A stretch of 64,000 nucleotides of DNA from Saccharolobus islandicus REY15A (GTDB taxonomy: Archaea > Thermoproteota > Thermoprotei_A > Sulfolobales > Sulfolobaceae), in assembly GCF_000189555.1 (NCBI RefSeq), contig NC_017276.1, one strand, 5' to 3'. Shown here piece after piece: positions 30,039 through 39,679 of this stretch. How positions within the stretch are numbered: the stretch's first letter is position 1; each line of letters begins with the position of its first letter. The notes under the pieces were generated by a model. It was not told the origin of the DNA, did not search any database, and worked only from the letters and a program-made list of their open reading frames with translations. The position numbers and the translations under genes are program-made.

Positions 30039-31172
30039 TTATCTCTTGTCTATAGGAACATACTCTTGATGTTCTGGTCCAACATACAAAGCTCTTGGCC
30101 TAATTAGTCTGTGTTGCTCCTCTACGTATTCTATTATATGTGCTAACCAGCCTAAAGTTCTCGATAAAGCAAATAATGCGGTAAACATGTATACTGGAAA
30201 TCCTAAAGCGAAGAAGACTATTCCGGAATAGAAATCGGTATTAGGATAGATTTCCTTGCTAGAAAATTGCTTTATTCCTAACTCCTCAAGTTTTTGAGCT
30301 ATCTCGAAATATTTCTTAGCCTCACTATTTCTTTCAATCAGAGTTGAGGCTAGTTCTTTGAATATTTTTGCTCTAGGATCATAAGTCTTGTAAACCCTAT
30401 GACCAAATCCCATTAGTCTATTCTTTTGATTTATTATCTTATCATTAAACCACATTTCTACTCTATTTGGATCTCCTATCTCAACGAATTGTTTAAAAGC
30501 CTCTTCAGCTGCTCCACCATGTAACGGACCTTTTAACGCTGCTAATGCTGCAGTAAGAGAGGAATACATATCTGATAAAGTAGATGCAGCTACAAGTGCT
30601 GCAGTTGTCGATGCTGGTACCTCATGGTCTGTATAGAGTATTAGAGCCTTATCCATTGCGTTAATTTCCTCTGCAGTGGGTTCCCTAGCTAAACTAGCTA
30701 GCAGAAAGCTTTTAGCAAAACTATCTGAAGGTTCTGGTATTCTTGGTTTGTTACCCTCCTTTCTCCTATATACATTTGATACTAGAGTAGCCATTTTAGC
30801 AATGATACTAATTGCTTTTTCCTTATCATTCTCCTTCCATTTGAAGTTCTTATCGATAGAAGCCAGCGCTGCTGTTCCCACTTCTAAAAGACCTATAGCA
30901 TCAGCATCTCTAGGCATCAGGTATATTGAATCTAATACTTCTTGAGGTACCTCGTACTCCTCATTAAGTTTCTCCCTTAAATCGTTTAACTCTTTCTTCG
31001 TAGGTAACTTTCCATAGAGCATTAAATAGATAGTCTCTTCATAAGTGCCGTAATTAACTAGGTCTTCAATATTATACCCCCTATACCTCAATATTCCCTT
31101 TTCTCCATCTATAAATGTTAAATTCGTAACCTTTATAATAACATTCTCCAAACCTTTACTTACAACACTCAT
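30039..31172 (-). CDS. gltA: Citrate synthase (possibly also 2-methylcitrate synthase)
   Basis: SKGLENV, LRYRGY, DHEVPAST, GPLHGGA, MGFGHRVY, YPNTDFY. Confidence 0.96.
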   Translation of the reverse strand: MSVVSKGLENVIIKVTNLTFIDGEKGILRYRGYNIEDLVNYGTYEETIYLMLYGKLPTKKELNDLREKLNEEYEVPQEVLDSIYLMPRDADAIGLLEVGTAALASIDKNFKWKENDKEKAISIIAKMATLVSNVYRRKEGNKPRIPEPSDSFAKSFLLASLAREPTAEEINAMDKALILYTDHEVPASTTAALVAASTLSDMYSSLTAALAALKGPLHGGAAEEAFKQFVEIGDPNRVEMWFNDKIINQKNRLMGFGHRVYKTYDPRAKIFKELASTLIERNSEAKKYFEIAQKLEELGIKQFSSKEIYPNTDFYSGIVFFALGFPVYMFTALFALSRTLGWLAHIIEYVEEQHRLIRPRALYVGPEHQEYVPIDKR

Positions 31173-31600
31173 TAGTCAGTACCCCCTTCCCAACTTAACT
31201 CAGACCTAACTAAAAAATCTAGAACATGTTTCTCATTAACTATATCCTTTATGGATACAACACCAACAAGCTTACCTTCTTCATCCACTACAACTAAATG
31301 CCTTATATTGTTTTTAACCATTTTCTCTGCTATTTCTCCAATAGGAGAATTAGGCTTAACTGTTATTAATTTCCCAAAAGTTCCTAGGTTCTCTATATTG
31401 TCATTTAAATTCTTTCCACACGCTACAGCACGTAACACGTCCCTCTCCGTAAATATTCCGACTGGATAGCCTTTTTCGTCAACAATTACTACAGATCCTA
31501 TATTATTTTGATACATAATCTTACAAGCCTCAATAGCTTTAGTACCTACCTTAACAACCACAGGGGATCTCTTAATTAAGCTTCTAGAAGTTACTGCCAT
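31172..31600 (-). CDS. Tandem CBS-domain protein
   Basis: NIGSVVIVD..PVGIFTERD and IRHLVVVD..LVGVVSIKD. Confidence 0.92.
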   Translation of the reverse strand: MAVTSRSLIKRSPVVVKVGTKAIEACKIMYQNNIGSVVIVDEKGYPVGIFTERDVLRAVACGKNLNDNIENLGTFGKLITVKPNSPIGEIAEKMVKNNIRHLVVVDEEGKLVGVVSIKDIVNEKHVLDFLVRSELSWEGGTD

Positions 31601-31624
31601 AATTTAAATTTCGAATATAAAAAT

Positions 31625-32482
31625 TTAAAGCTTTCTAACGAGTTTTATACTACCTAATTCCTTATCTAATCTCTCATAGAAGAAGTAATCAATTATCTCA
31701 TACTGTTGCTGCCTAGTAATCATCTTATCTAATAAATTAACTTGCGTTCCCTCTTTCAATAGTACTTCCAAGGCATCTTTCATTGCCTTGGCCGCTACTC
31801 TAAATATAGTAACGGGGAATATTACGTATTTATAACCCATCTCCCTAAACTCTTGTGCTTTAATATAAGGAGTTTTACCAAACTCAGTCATATTAGCCAG
31901 TAACGGAGCTTTTACCTCTTTAGCGAACTTGGCGAACTCCTCCTTACTAGTGAGAGCCTCAGGAAATATTATATCAGCACCTGCCTCTAAATAAATCTTG
32001 GCCCTTTCTATTGCATCGTCTAACCCTATTACACCGCGAGAATCGACTCTTGCAATTATTAAGGCATCTCTTCTAGCCTTTAATGCCGCCTTTATCTTCT
32101 GAACCATTTCTAAAGGCTCTACAACCTCTTTACCCTCTAAATGGCCGCACTTCTTTGGCATTCTCTGATCCTCTATTTGAATAGCGTCAGCACCGGCTTT
32201 TTCTAAAACCCTTACCGTTCTATAGACATTTATTGCCTCACCAAACCCAGTATCTGAATCAACTATTATCGGAATATCAGCAACTTCCTTTATCCTTCTT
32301 ATCATCTCAGCAACCTCATCTAATGTTATTAAACCTATATCTGGTAGACCATAAGATGAGGTAAGAGCTGCACCCGATAAATACACTGCCTTAAAACCTA
32401 CCTTTTTTGCCAGAATTGCAGTAAATGGATTAAATACTCCCGGTACTATTAAGAAGTCAGATTCCTTTAATACTTGAGACAA
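31625..32482 (-). CDS. prpB: 2-methylisocitrate lyase
   Basis: YLSGAA, VDSDTGFG, IEDQ..PKKCGH, LANMTEFGKTP. Confidence 0.92.
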   Translation of the reverse strand: MSQVLKESDFLIVPGVFNPFTAILAKKVGFKAVYLSGAALTSSYGLPDIGLITLDEVAEMIRRIKEVADIPIIVDSDTGFGEAINVYRTVRVLEKAGADAIQIEDQRMPKKCGHLEGKEVVEPLEMVQKIKAALKARRDALIIARVDSRGVIGLDDAIERAKIYLEAGADIIFPEALTSKEEFAKFAKEVKAPLLANMTEFGKTPYIKAQEFREMGYKYVIFPVTIFRVAAKAMKDALEVLLKEGTQVNLLDKMITRQQQYEIIDYFFYERLDKELGSIKLVRKL

Positions 32483-33764
32483 TTTCCTTCACCTTTAATT
32501 CTTCCATATTCCACAAAATATTTAACTCTTCCTTCCTACCTTTTAACCTTAAGTACTTCTCCTCAACTTCTTCATCAGTCATTGGATTATTATAATAACC
32601 TCTTGGATTCCTAACCTCAACCATCTCTCTACCCTTACTGGTATAAACTGTTACTTTAACGGGTAACTCCTTAGGATATATACTAGTATATTTCTCGTCT
32701 TCAATAACAGTAATCTTCTTCATCAAACTCCTTATTTTTTCATTAAATATCATTTCTTGATCATAGGCGTCGAGCCAGAAATCCTTCTTAATTAGGGTAT
32801 ATGCCAGAATATAAGGCAAGCTGTGATCTGCAGTCTCCTTATTAGTGGGATTCCATTTCTCTTCATCAGCTATTATCGTCTTGGCTGCCTCATAGGTTTC
32901 AACTTCAATCTTAACAATATCATCAACGTTAACGTTCAAACTCTTTCCAGCCTCAACAACCGCTTCAGCGTGATACTCCACTGGATATTTCTTTAGACTA
33001 GTCCTAAGTACACCATCAGCCTCTAGGTGATTAAACACCGAAGAGTCAAAATCTTTAGCTACAACATTAATGAAACCTAATCTACCTGAAAAAGGCTTTG
33101 AAGGACCAGTCATACCAAATTTCGCCAAAAGTGCTGAGAAAGCCGCTTTCCTTGAAGCATCAGCTGCCGCACCAGCTTTCCACATCGATAACTCCCCAGA
33201 CCTAGTCTCCCTAAGTGCAATGTTTGGCACTATTGTTAACGAAATAGCGTTAATAGTAGATTTCTCGTCTAATTTCAACATTTTAGCTAAACCTGCAGCT
33301 GCTCCTACTTGAAGAAAAGTTACGTGATCAAAACCTTTCTTTCTCAATGATGTTGCATCACATAGTTTTATCCCAACTTCATAGCCTATAGCAATTGCTT
33401 CTATTATATCCCTCCCTTTAAGATCGAATAGTGAGCCTAAGGACAAGAAAGCGCCTATCATATCACTGGGATGAAGAGGCTCTTTTGAAAGGTAAGTATC
33501 ATTGAAGTCTAGATATCTAATCAAAAAAGTGTTGTAGAATGCTGCGAAGTCTGGAGTCGCATTTCCTCCGAAAAGTAGGGGAACAGAACCCTGGAAATAC
33601 ATTACCACGTTTTTGTTAACTAAATGAGGTGGGGAATATAATGCTCCACGGGCCACTGCTATTGCATCAATTATCCTCCTTTTTGCCTCATGTATAATCT
33701 TTTCACTTAACTTTTGATAATTGACTGAATTTATAAATTCAGCAATCTTTTCAGCTATTTCCAT
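32457..33764 (-). CDS. prpD: 2-methylcitrate dehydratase (MmgE/PrpD)
   Basis: RYLDFNDT, HPSD, ETRSGELSMWKA, KKYPVEYH. Confidence 0.92.
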   Translation of the reverse strand: MEIAEKIAEFINSVNYQKLSEKIIHEAKRRIIDAIAVARGALYSPPHLVNKNVVMYFQGSVPLLFGGNATPDFAAFYNTFLIRYLDFNDTYLSKEPLHPSDMIGAFLSLGSLFDLKGRDIIEAIAIGYEVGIKLCDATSLRKKGFDHVTFLQVGAAAGLAKMLKLDEKSTINAISLTIVPNIALRETRSGELSMWKAGAAADASRKAAFSALLAKFGMTGPSKPFSGRLGFINVVAKDFDSSVFNHLEADGVLRTSLKKYPVEYHAEAVVEAGKSLNVNVDDIVKIEVETYEAAKTIIADEEKWNPTNKETADHSLPYILAYTLIKKDFWLDAYDQEMIFNEKIRSLMKKITVIEDEKYTSIYPKELPVKVTVYTSKGREMVEVRNPRGYYNNPMTDEEVEEKYLRLKGRKEELNILWNMEELKVKEIVSSIKGI

Positions 33765-33861
33765 AATAGAGTAAAGTTAAATGGAGTATAAAAGTCGAAC
33801 TATAATGAACATTGAAAAAAGCTTAATATACTTTAGAATGCATATTTATACTTGTGATAAT

Positions 33862-34788
33862 ATGGTAAAAATAGCTTTTATAGGAGTAGGAAAAATAGGC
33901 CAGACAATAGCTTATTCTGTAATTTTTGACGGTTTAGCAAGTGAAGTTATATTATACGATATTATTCCAGAATTACCAGAAAAGTTCGAACACGAGTTAA
34001 GACATGCAATGGCTACTAGAGGTCTTTCCACTGAAGTAATAGGTACTAACTCTCTTGATGATGTAGCCAATGCCGATATCATACTTATTATGGCGGGTAA
34101 GCCAAGGAAACCAGGGATGAGCAGAAGGGATCTATTTGTTGATAATGCAAAAATACAAATAGATCTTGCAAAACAGCTTCCTCCTAAAAATCCAGGGGCA
34201 TTATACATAATGGTAGCAAATCCCGTTGACATGATGGCGTCAATATTCATGAGATTCTCTAAACAATTCACAATAAGCACTGGAGACACGGTAGAGACAA
34301 TGAGAATGAGATCATATATAAGTAAGAAACTCAAAGTCCCAGTGACTAAGGTAACCGGGTATGTAGCGGGAGAGCATGGAGAAGACGCAGTAGTTTTGTG
34401 GAGTACGGTTAAAGTTAACGGGAAACCCTTTGAGGAAATAGCTAAAGGATTAACCAAAGAGGAGGTCGAAAATTACGTTAAGTCAATACCTGGGGAGATA
34501 ATAAGAGTGATGGGGGGAACAACGTGGGGACCTGCAACTATAATAAAGGACATAGTTAGATCAGTAGTCTTAAATGAAGGAAGAGTAATGAGCATAGCGA
34601 CTCCTAGAACTTATCAAGGCGAAATAATACATATAAGTGTTCCAACAGTTGTAGGAGCTGAAATAGGACCAAGTTTAGAGGGCGTATTACCAGAGAGTGA
34701 CAGGGAGAGGTTAAATAAATCTGTTGAGGACTTTTACAAAGTTTATAAAGAGAATTTAGATCATCTACTACAAGTAATTAAACAATGA
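33862..34788 (+). CDS. mdh: Malate dehydrogenase (LDH-like); true start ATG 33862
   Basis: [26 protein letters not shown]. Confidence 0.93.
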   Translation: MVKIAFIGVGKIGQTIAYSVIFDGLASEVILYDIIPELPEKFEHELRHAMATRGLSTEVIGTNSLDDVANADIILIMAGKPRKPGMSRRDLFVDNAKIQIDLAKQLPPKNPGALYIMVANPVDMMASIFMRFSKQFTISTGDTVETMRMRSYISKKLKVPVTKVTGYVAGEHGEDAVVLWSTVKVNGKPFEEIAKGLTKEEVENYVKSIPGEIIRVMGGTTWGPATIIKDIVRSVVLNEGRVMSIATPRTYQGEIIHISVPTVVGAEIGPSLEGVLPESDRERLNKSVEDFYKVYKENLDHLLQVIKQ

Positions 34789-34881
34789 TTTCTTCATCTC
34801 GCAGATGCAGATTTAACTTTATCCCCGTCAATAGATGTCACCCTTACCATAAGCTTTTTTATTCTCTTAATCTTTACATTA

Positions 34882-36051
34882 TTGATGAAAGTAGTTATCT
34901 TAGGTGCTGATGGTTATTTAGGATGGTCACTAGCATTACGATTGGCTAAGAGAGGACATGAAGTTATTGGAGTAGATAACTTATACACAAGAAATGCCGT
35001 AAGGGAAGTAGGGTCAGATTCTGCGTTTCCATTACCAGATCCAGAGGAAAGGATAGTAGCAGCAAGGAAACTACTTGATGTTAATATAACCTTTCATAGA
35101 GTTGATGTGAAGGATTTTGATAAATTACATGAGATTATTCAAACACATAAACCAGATGCCATAGTACATTTCGCCGAACAAAGATCAGCTCCCTACTCGA
35201 TGATTGATGTGAACCACGCTAATTACACCTTCATAAACAATCTTACTAGTACGATAAACCTCATCTATTCAATCATTAAAGTTGATCCAAGTATACATAT
35301 TTTAAAGATGGGAACGATGGGAGAGTACGGAACACCAAATTATGATATACTAGAGTCACCATTCGTAGAAGTCGAAATAAACGGCAAAAAGGATAAGATT
35401 CCATTTCCCAAATGGGCTAGCAGTTGGTATCATTGGAGTAAAGTTTACGATAGCTATAATTTGTTATGGGCGAATAAAGTATGGAATTTAACTATTACCG
35501 ATATTATGCAAGGTCCAGTATATGGTACGAGAACTGAAGAGATTATAGATGAGAAGTTAAGGACGAGATTCGATTTTGATGAAGTTTGGGGAACGGTTGT
35601 TAATAGGTATTGTGTTGAAGCAGTATTGGGTCTTCCGTTAACACCTTATGGAAAAGGAGGTCAAACTAGAGGATTTATCTCACTTGAGGATAGCATGCAA
35701 GCGTTAACTATTCTACTTGAACATCCTCCTAATCAAGGAGAGTATAGAGTAGTTAACCAAATTCATGAAGTATATAGTGTTAGTCAAATAGCCGAAATGG
35801 TTAAAGAAGTTTCTGAGTCCATGGGATTGAGGGTTACTATACAAAATGTAAAGAATCCTAGAGTAGAAAAAGAGGAGCACTATTATAAAGTTGAAACTAG
35901 AATATTACCATCATTGGGATTCAGTCCTAAAAAGAATATGAAGGAAGAAATAAAAAACATAATAGAGGACTTAATTCCTTACAAGAATAGGCTAGAATCG
36001 TTTAAACATGTAATACTGCCTAAAACCGATTGGAGAAGAGGAAGAACATGA
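34882..36051 (+). CDS. sqdB: UDP-sulfoquinovose synthase
   Basis: GADGYLGW, HFAEQRSAPYSM, KMGTMGEYG, YHWSKVYD, PLTPYGKGGQTRG. Confidence 0.93.
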   Translation: MMKVVILGADGYLGWSLALRLAKRGHEVIGVDNLYTRNAVREVGSDSAFPLPDPEERIVAARKLLDVNITFHRVDVKDFDKLHEIIQTHKPDAIVHFAEQRSAPYSMIDVNHANYTFINNLTSTINLIYSIIKVDPSIHILKMGTMGEYGTPNYDILESPFVEVEINGKKDKIPFPKWASSWYHWSKVYDSYNLLWANKVWNLTITDIMQGPVYGTRTEEIIDEKLRTRFDFDEVWGTVVNRYCVEAVLGLPLTPYGKGGQTRGFISLEDSMQALTILLEHPPNQGEYRVVNQIHEVYSVSQIAEMVKEVSESMGLRVTIQNVKNPRVEKEEHYYKVETRILPSLGFSPKKNMKEEIKNIIEDLIPYKNRLESFKHVILPKTDWRRGRT

Positions 36052-36163
36052 ATTACTCTTAACTATAAAACTGTCGTATTAAAGTAATATTCAAACTAGA
36101 TTCGTAGTAGATGTATCTCGATTTTTTGGAAAAATCTATTTAAACCCTCATAAGAAAATAAGT

Positions 36164-36712
36164 ATGTTGGAAAATAGTCTAAAAAAGAAATTAGGCTATT
36201 TCATAAATTATAGTGATATAGAATATGAAGTCCTTTCCCAATATTATATGTTAGAGTTGAGAATGCCCAGCAATGGAAAATTAGGTCAATTTCTGCATGA
36301 ATATTTGCAAGAATATCTAATAAATGGTATTAACAGAATTAATGAGAAATATCTTCCATTTTACTATAATTTGAATAAAGCTCTAGAGCTTCTTTCAGGG
36401 ATAGTTGATGAGAGGAAATTATACTATTGTGATAAGAAAATAGAGAAAATAGGAAAAGTTAAATTAATTGGTCAAGCTGATATTTGCTCTGACGACTTAG
36501 TGATAGAAATAAAAAGTAAACCAGAACTTAAAAAGGTCGACTTAATGCAAGCACTTATATACACTTATTTGTACGAGAGAGATGTAATACTTTTTATGTA
36601 TGGAATATATACCGGGGAATATACTATAATAAGACTACCTTTTAGTGAAAGAAATATAAACTCCTTATTCGAAGGTCTCAAAAAGATAAGTGAAAGAGAA
36701 GAAATATTGTGA
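36164..36712 (+). CDS. Stand-alone PD-(D/E)XK nuclease, Cas4/AddB-like
   Basis: GQFLHE, LIGQAD, VIEIKS, QALIY motifs. Confidence 0.7.
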   Translation: MLENSLKKKLGYFINYSDIEYEVLSQYYMLELRMPSNGKLGQFLHEYLQEYLINGINRINEKYLPFYYNLNKALELLSGIVDERKLYYCDKKIEKIGKVKLIGQADICSDDLVIEIKSKPELKKVDLMQALIYTYLYERDVILFMYGIYTGEYTIIRLPFSERNINSLFEGLKKISEREEIL

Positions 36713-36770
36713 AAACTTTTAAAACAGTATTGTAAGAAAAGGATATAAAACATAAATGAGATAGGTAATT

Positions 36771-37538
36771 ATGGACTCAATAGATAAGGGAATATTAAAG
36801 ATACTTCTAAAAGATGCTAGAACACCACAGAGAAGAATTGCAATGCTGCTAGGCATATCTCCACCAGCAGTAAGTTACAGAATGGAGAAGTTGTTTGGGG
36901 ATATAATCAAAAGATTTACAATTTACGTTAATCCAAATTTCCTAGGCAGATATCATGGTTATGTAGCCTTTAACAATTTATACGATTGGGATGGAGATTA
37001 CATAGCCAAAATCGAGTGTCTAGAAGAGACTAACGTTTATGAAATTGACTCCAAGAGTAGAGTTGAACTTGATGAAAAAATACGAAAAATGAGCGAGAAG
37101 TTGGGAGAACCAAAAATGATATATATACCAAATCAGATGCCTTATAGCCCCTCTAAGTTTGACTTGAAAGTAGTAAGCATACTTAAAGAGAAACCCCTAA
37201 TAAAACCAATTGAACTTGCAGAAGAATTAGGAGTGTCGTCTAAAACGATCAGAAGACATCTAAGATATTTGTATAGCAAAAAATTTATCAGATTGATCCC
37301 TATTATAGATTTAAATAAGGCTGAAATATCTATATTTGCAGTATTTACATCAAGACTAGAAGAGGGGAAAAAATTCTTTGCAAAGTACGCTTTCACTGAA
37401 ATAGAGGATGACAAGGCTGGAATATTTGTAAATGTAGTCGATAGTATGGATGAAGCTAGAGACCTTGCATTAAAGTTTAAGAGAGAATATGACAAAGATG
37501 CAGAAATAATGATAACAACAAAATATGAATTTTTATAA
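36771..37538 (+). CDS. Lrp/AsnC-like regulator with two HTH domains
   Basis: DSIDKGILKIL..DAR..IA..LGIS and DLKVVSIL...ELAEELGVSSKTIRRHL. Confidence 0.85.
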   Translation: MDSIDKGILKILLKDARTPQRRIAMLLGISPPAVSYRMEKLFGDIIKRFTIYVNPNFLGRYHGYVAFNNLYDWDGDYIAKIECLEETNVYEIDSKSRVELDEKIRKMSEKLGEPKMIYIPNQMPYSPSKFDLKVVSILKEKPLIKPIELAEELGVSSKTIRRHLRYLYSKKFIRLIPIIDLNKAEISIFAVFTSRLEEGKKFFAKYAFTEIEDDKAGIFVNVVDSMDEARDLALKFKREYDKDAEIMITTKYEFL

Positions 37539-37543
37539 AATTG

Positions 37544-37742
37544 TATTTGTTATAGTATCTTGTCTTCTTTCTCTGTCTACTCTTCAATGCCTTAAACTCC
37601 CTAATTCTAGCCAACGATTCTTTCACATCACTAACTCCCCTTAACATCTCAGCCAAACCCCTCTCACCAATATAGTTCAACCAAGCCACAATATGCCCTT
37701 CCTCAAGATGCCATTCAACACAAGCTGGATCTTCTTTTCCTA
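37544..37742 (-). repeat. 199-bp direct repeat copy 1 (orphan 3' fragment of the 38816..39100 gene)
   Basis: Identical by eye to 38817..39015; lacks the 5' end and the stop codon. Confidence 0.92.
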
Positions 37743-37923
37743 ATTATTACAAAAGGTAATGATAGATCAACTTGATGCGTTTAGGCTTATTTTCTACTCA
37801 GAAAACTGAAGCAAAGGTATATAGTACAGAGACACCTTTATTAGGAAAAAGTTAGATTTTAAATTTAAATTGGTACTGTAAGACATTTTATACGGATAAA
37901 GTTATATCTTTATTTTACTGAAA

Positions 37924-38310
37924 TCATTCTATAGGTATAAATTCAACATCATAATCTTTTGCCGTTCTTTCTGCAAACTCGTGATCCGATGTGACAACTG
38001 TTCCCCCAATCATCTCTGCTGTAGCGACGAGAAAAGAATCCCCTAGAGATAGATTATATTTTAATCTTATTTTTGAAGCTATTTCCGCAAGCGTCTTATC
38101 AATTTCCACAAGGTTAATGAAGGTCAAGAGATAGTTCAACTTGACACCCGAAGCCTTAAAGCCAAATTTCCTTGCATAATGATATGCGAATTCTGAAAGA
38201 TTTACGGCGTTAATGAACTTCTCGTCATTATTTAATAGATACTTCTTGACATTAGGCGAACCGGAGAAGAATTGAAATATAATATTAGCATCAAGGATGT
38301 ACTTTCGCAC
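37924..38310 (-). CDS. vapC: VapC PIN-domain toxin
   Basis: ILDANII, NLSEF, SLGDSFLVATA, VTSDHEF. Confidence 0.92.
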   Translation of the reverse strand: MRKYILDANIIFQFFSGSPNVKKYLLNNDEKFINAVNLSEFAYHYARKFGFKASGVKLNYLLTFINLVEIDKTLAEIASKIRLKYNLSLGDSFLVATAEMIGGTVVTSDHEFAERTAKDYDVEFIPIE

Positions 38311-38530
38311 GTTCAGTTTCCCTTTCTTTAATATGTTCCTTAGCTAGCTCTTCCAAACCTTTTCCTCTATCTCTTCCAAATAATTCCTCTGGTGACTTCT
38401 TTGGTAATATGTGAATCCCATATTCATCACTGTAAATGATCACTTCATCCCCCTCTTTAATGTTAAACTTTTCCCTTATTTCCTTTGGGATAACCACTAT
38501 TCCCTTTTTGTGTACCTTTGTGACCATCAT
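38291..38530 (-). CDS. vapB: AbrB/SpoVT-type VapB antitoxin
   Basis: KVHKKGIVVIPKEIREKFNIKEGDEV. Confidence 0.92.
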   Translation of the reverse strand: MMVTKVHKKGIVVIPKEIREKFNIKEGDEVIIYSDEYGIHILPKKSPEELFGRDRGKGLEELAKEHIKERETERAKVHP

Positions 38531-38537
38531 AAATAAT

Positions 38538-38567
38538 AGTTTAACTCAATAGCTATAAAGTTTAACT
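38538..38567. promoter_or_regulatory. Two AGTT-N-AACT palindromes flanking the vapB TATA box (putative operator)
   Basis: AGTTTAACT at 38538-38546 and 38559-38567, 21 bp apart. Confidence 0.55.
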
Positions 38568-38815
38568 TCTTAATATTAGAGCGGAGAATCCCATAACCCA
38601 TATTTTACAATCAATTTTAGATGTAATTTAAGGATAATCTCCAATTAATAATCTTTTTCTTTTCTAGTCTTAATTCCTTACCATTGAAAGTTTAGCCTTT
38701 TTAAGGTAAAGATGAATGCTTAAGATTTTTAGATTTTAATTCAAGTTTTTCATTATGGCCCTGAGGCCATATCCAAGTAAAAAAGCTGGACGTTCCACTA
38801 ACCGTGGAAAATGGA

Positions 38816-39100
38816 CTATTTGTTATAGTATCTTGTCTTCTTTCTCTGTCTACTCTTCAATGCCTTAAACTCCCTAATTCTAGCCAACGATTCTTTCACA
38901 TCACTAACTCCCCTTAACATCTCAGCCAAACCCCTCTCACCAATATAGTTCAACCAAGCCACAATATGCCCTTCCTCAAGATGCCATTCAACACAAGCTG
39001 GATCTTCTTTTCCTAGTCTCTCGATTTCCTTCTCCAACTCATTCACATCATGAGCTATTCCTACTGTTCTGTTATATGACTTAAAATAGAATGGTTCCAT
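38816..39100 (-). CDS. Small single-domain DUF5752-like protein
   Basis: PFYF..G.A..V.EL...I...V.WH...GH...WL; TTATAAA about 26-32 nt upstream. Confidence 0.7.
   Translation of the reverse strand: MEPFYFKSYNRTVGIAHDVNELEKEIERLGKEDPACVEWHLEEGHIVAWLNYIGERGLAEMLRGVSDVKESLARIREFKALKSRQRKKTRYYNK
38817..39015 (-). repeat. 199-bp direct repeat copy 2
   Basis: Offset of 1273 bp from copy 1. Confidence 0.92.
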
Positions 39101-39327
39101 GTAGCATAGATTCTCTCAGAAAGAGTTTATAAGGACTTTTGCGTAATACCAAAGAGATTATATGAAGGGCTAGAGGTGGTTTTAAAACAAGGGAAAACTT
39201 CATTCTACTAGCCAGAGCCGTTGCCAACAGTTTCCGATAAACCACGAAATTTATGCACTTTATACGTAAAGATTTCTTAGAAATCTTACCACCAGATGTG
39301 GATGGATTTTCCAGAATGATAAGATTT

Positions 39328-39480
39328 CATAAGATGTGCGGATTTACTTATCTGACAGATGAGTAGGGTTATCCCGCTAGATAGATGGAGAAGGGTGAAT
39401 GGGTTTTCCCGTGACTTCGGTGAAGCCCAAGGGCTGAGAGTTGGATATGAGTTCATGAAAATTTAATGAAGCCCAAACCC
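39328..39480 (+). pseudogene. Probable 3' remnant of an IS605-family tnpB (omegaRNA/right-end region)
   Basis: Broken frame KMCG...VIPL...NGFSRDFGEAQGLRVGYEFMKI then ATGAAGCCCAAACCCC, resembling recalled Sulfolobales OrfB tails. Confidence 0.5.
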
Positions 39481-39679
39481 CATACTTAGAAAATACCTAA
39501 ACGTCTTTTAGAGTTCTCCTCATTTGGCTAACTCTATTATAATTCGATAAAGACCTCTATCATTAATTGGGATCGTAATAGAGAATCTTCGTTAATTTAA
39601 GTAACTTTTAAGGACTTAGTGGATTCTTTCTCCTTAGAACTTGGGATTTACTTTTGAAGAAAATATTATAGGAAACATA

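Noticed and set aside
34790-34850. GC-richer patch after mdh, possible sRNA or 18-aa ORF
   Set aside because: Box motifs are incomplete and there is no supporting promoter or coding signature
37477-37689. 70-aa ORF as a real paralogue
   Set aside because: It is the duplicated 3' fragment reading through into antisense of the regulator gene; no promoter or 5' end
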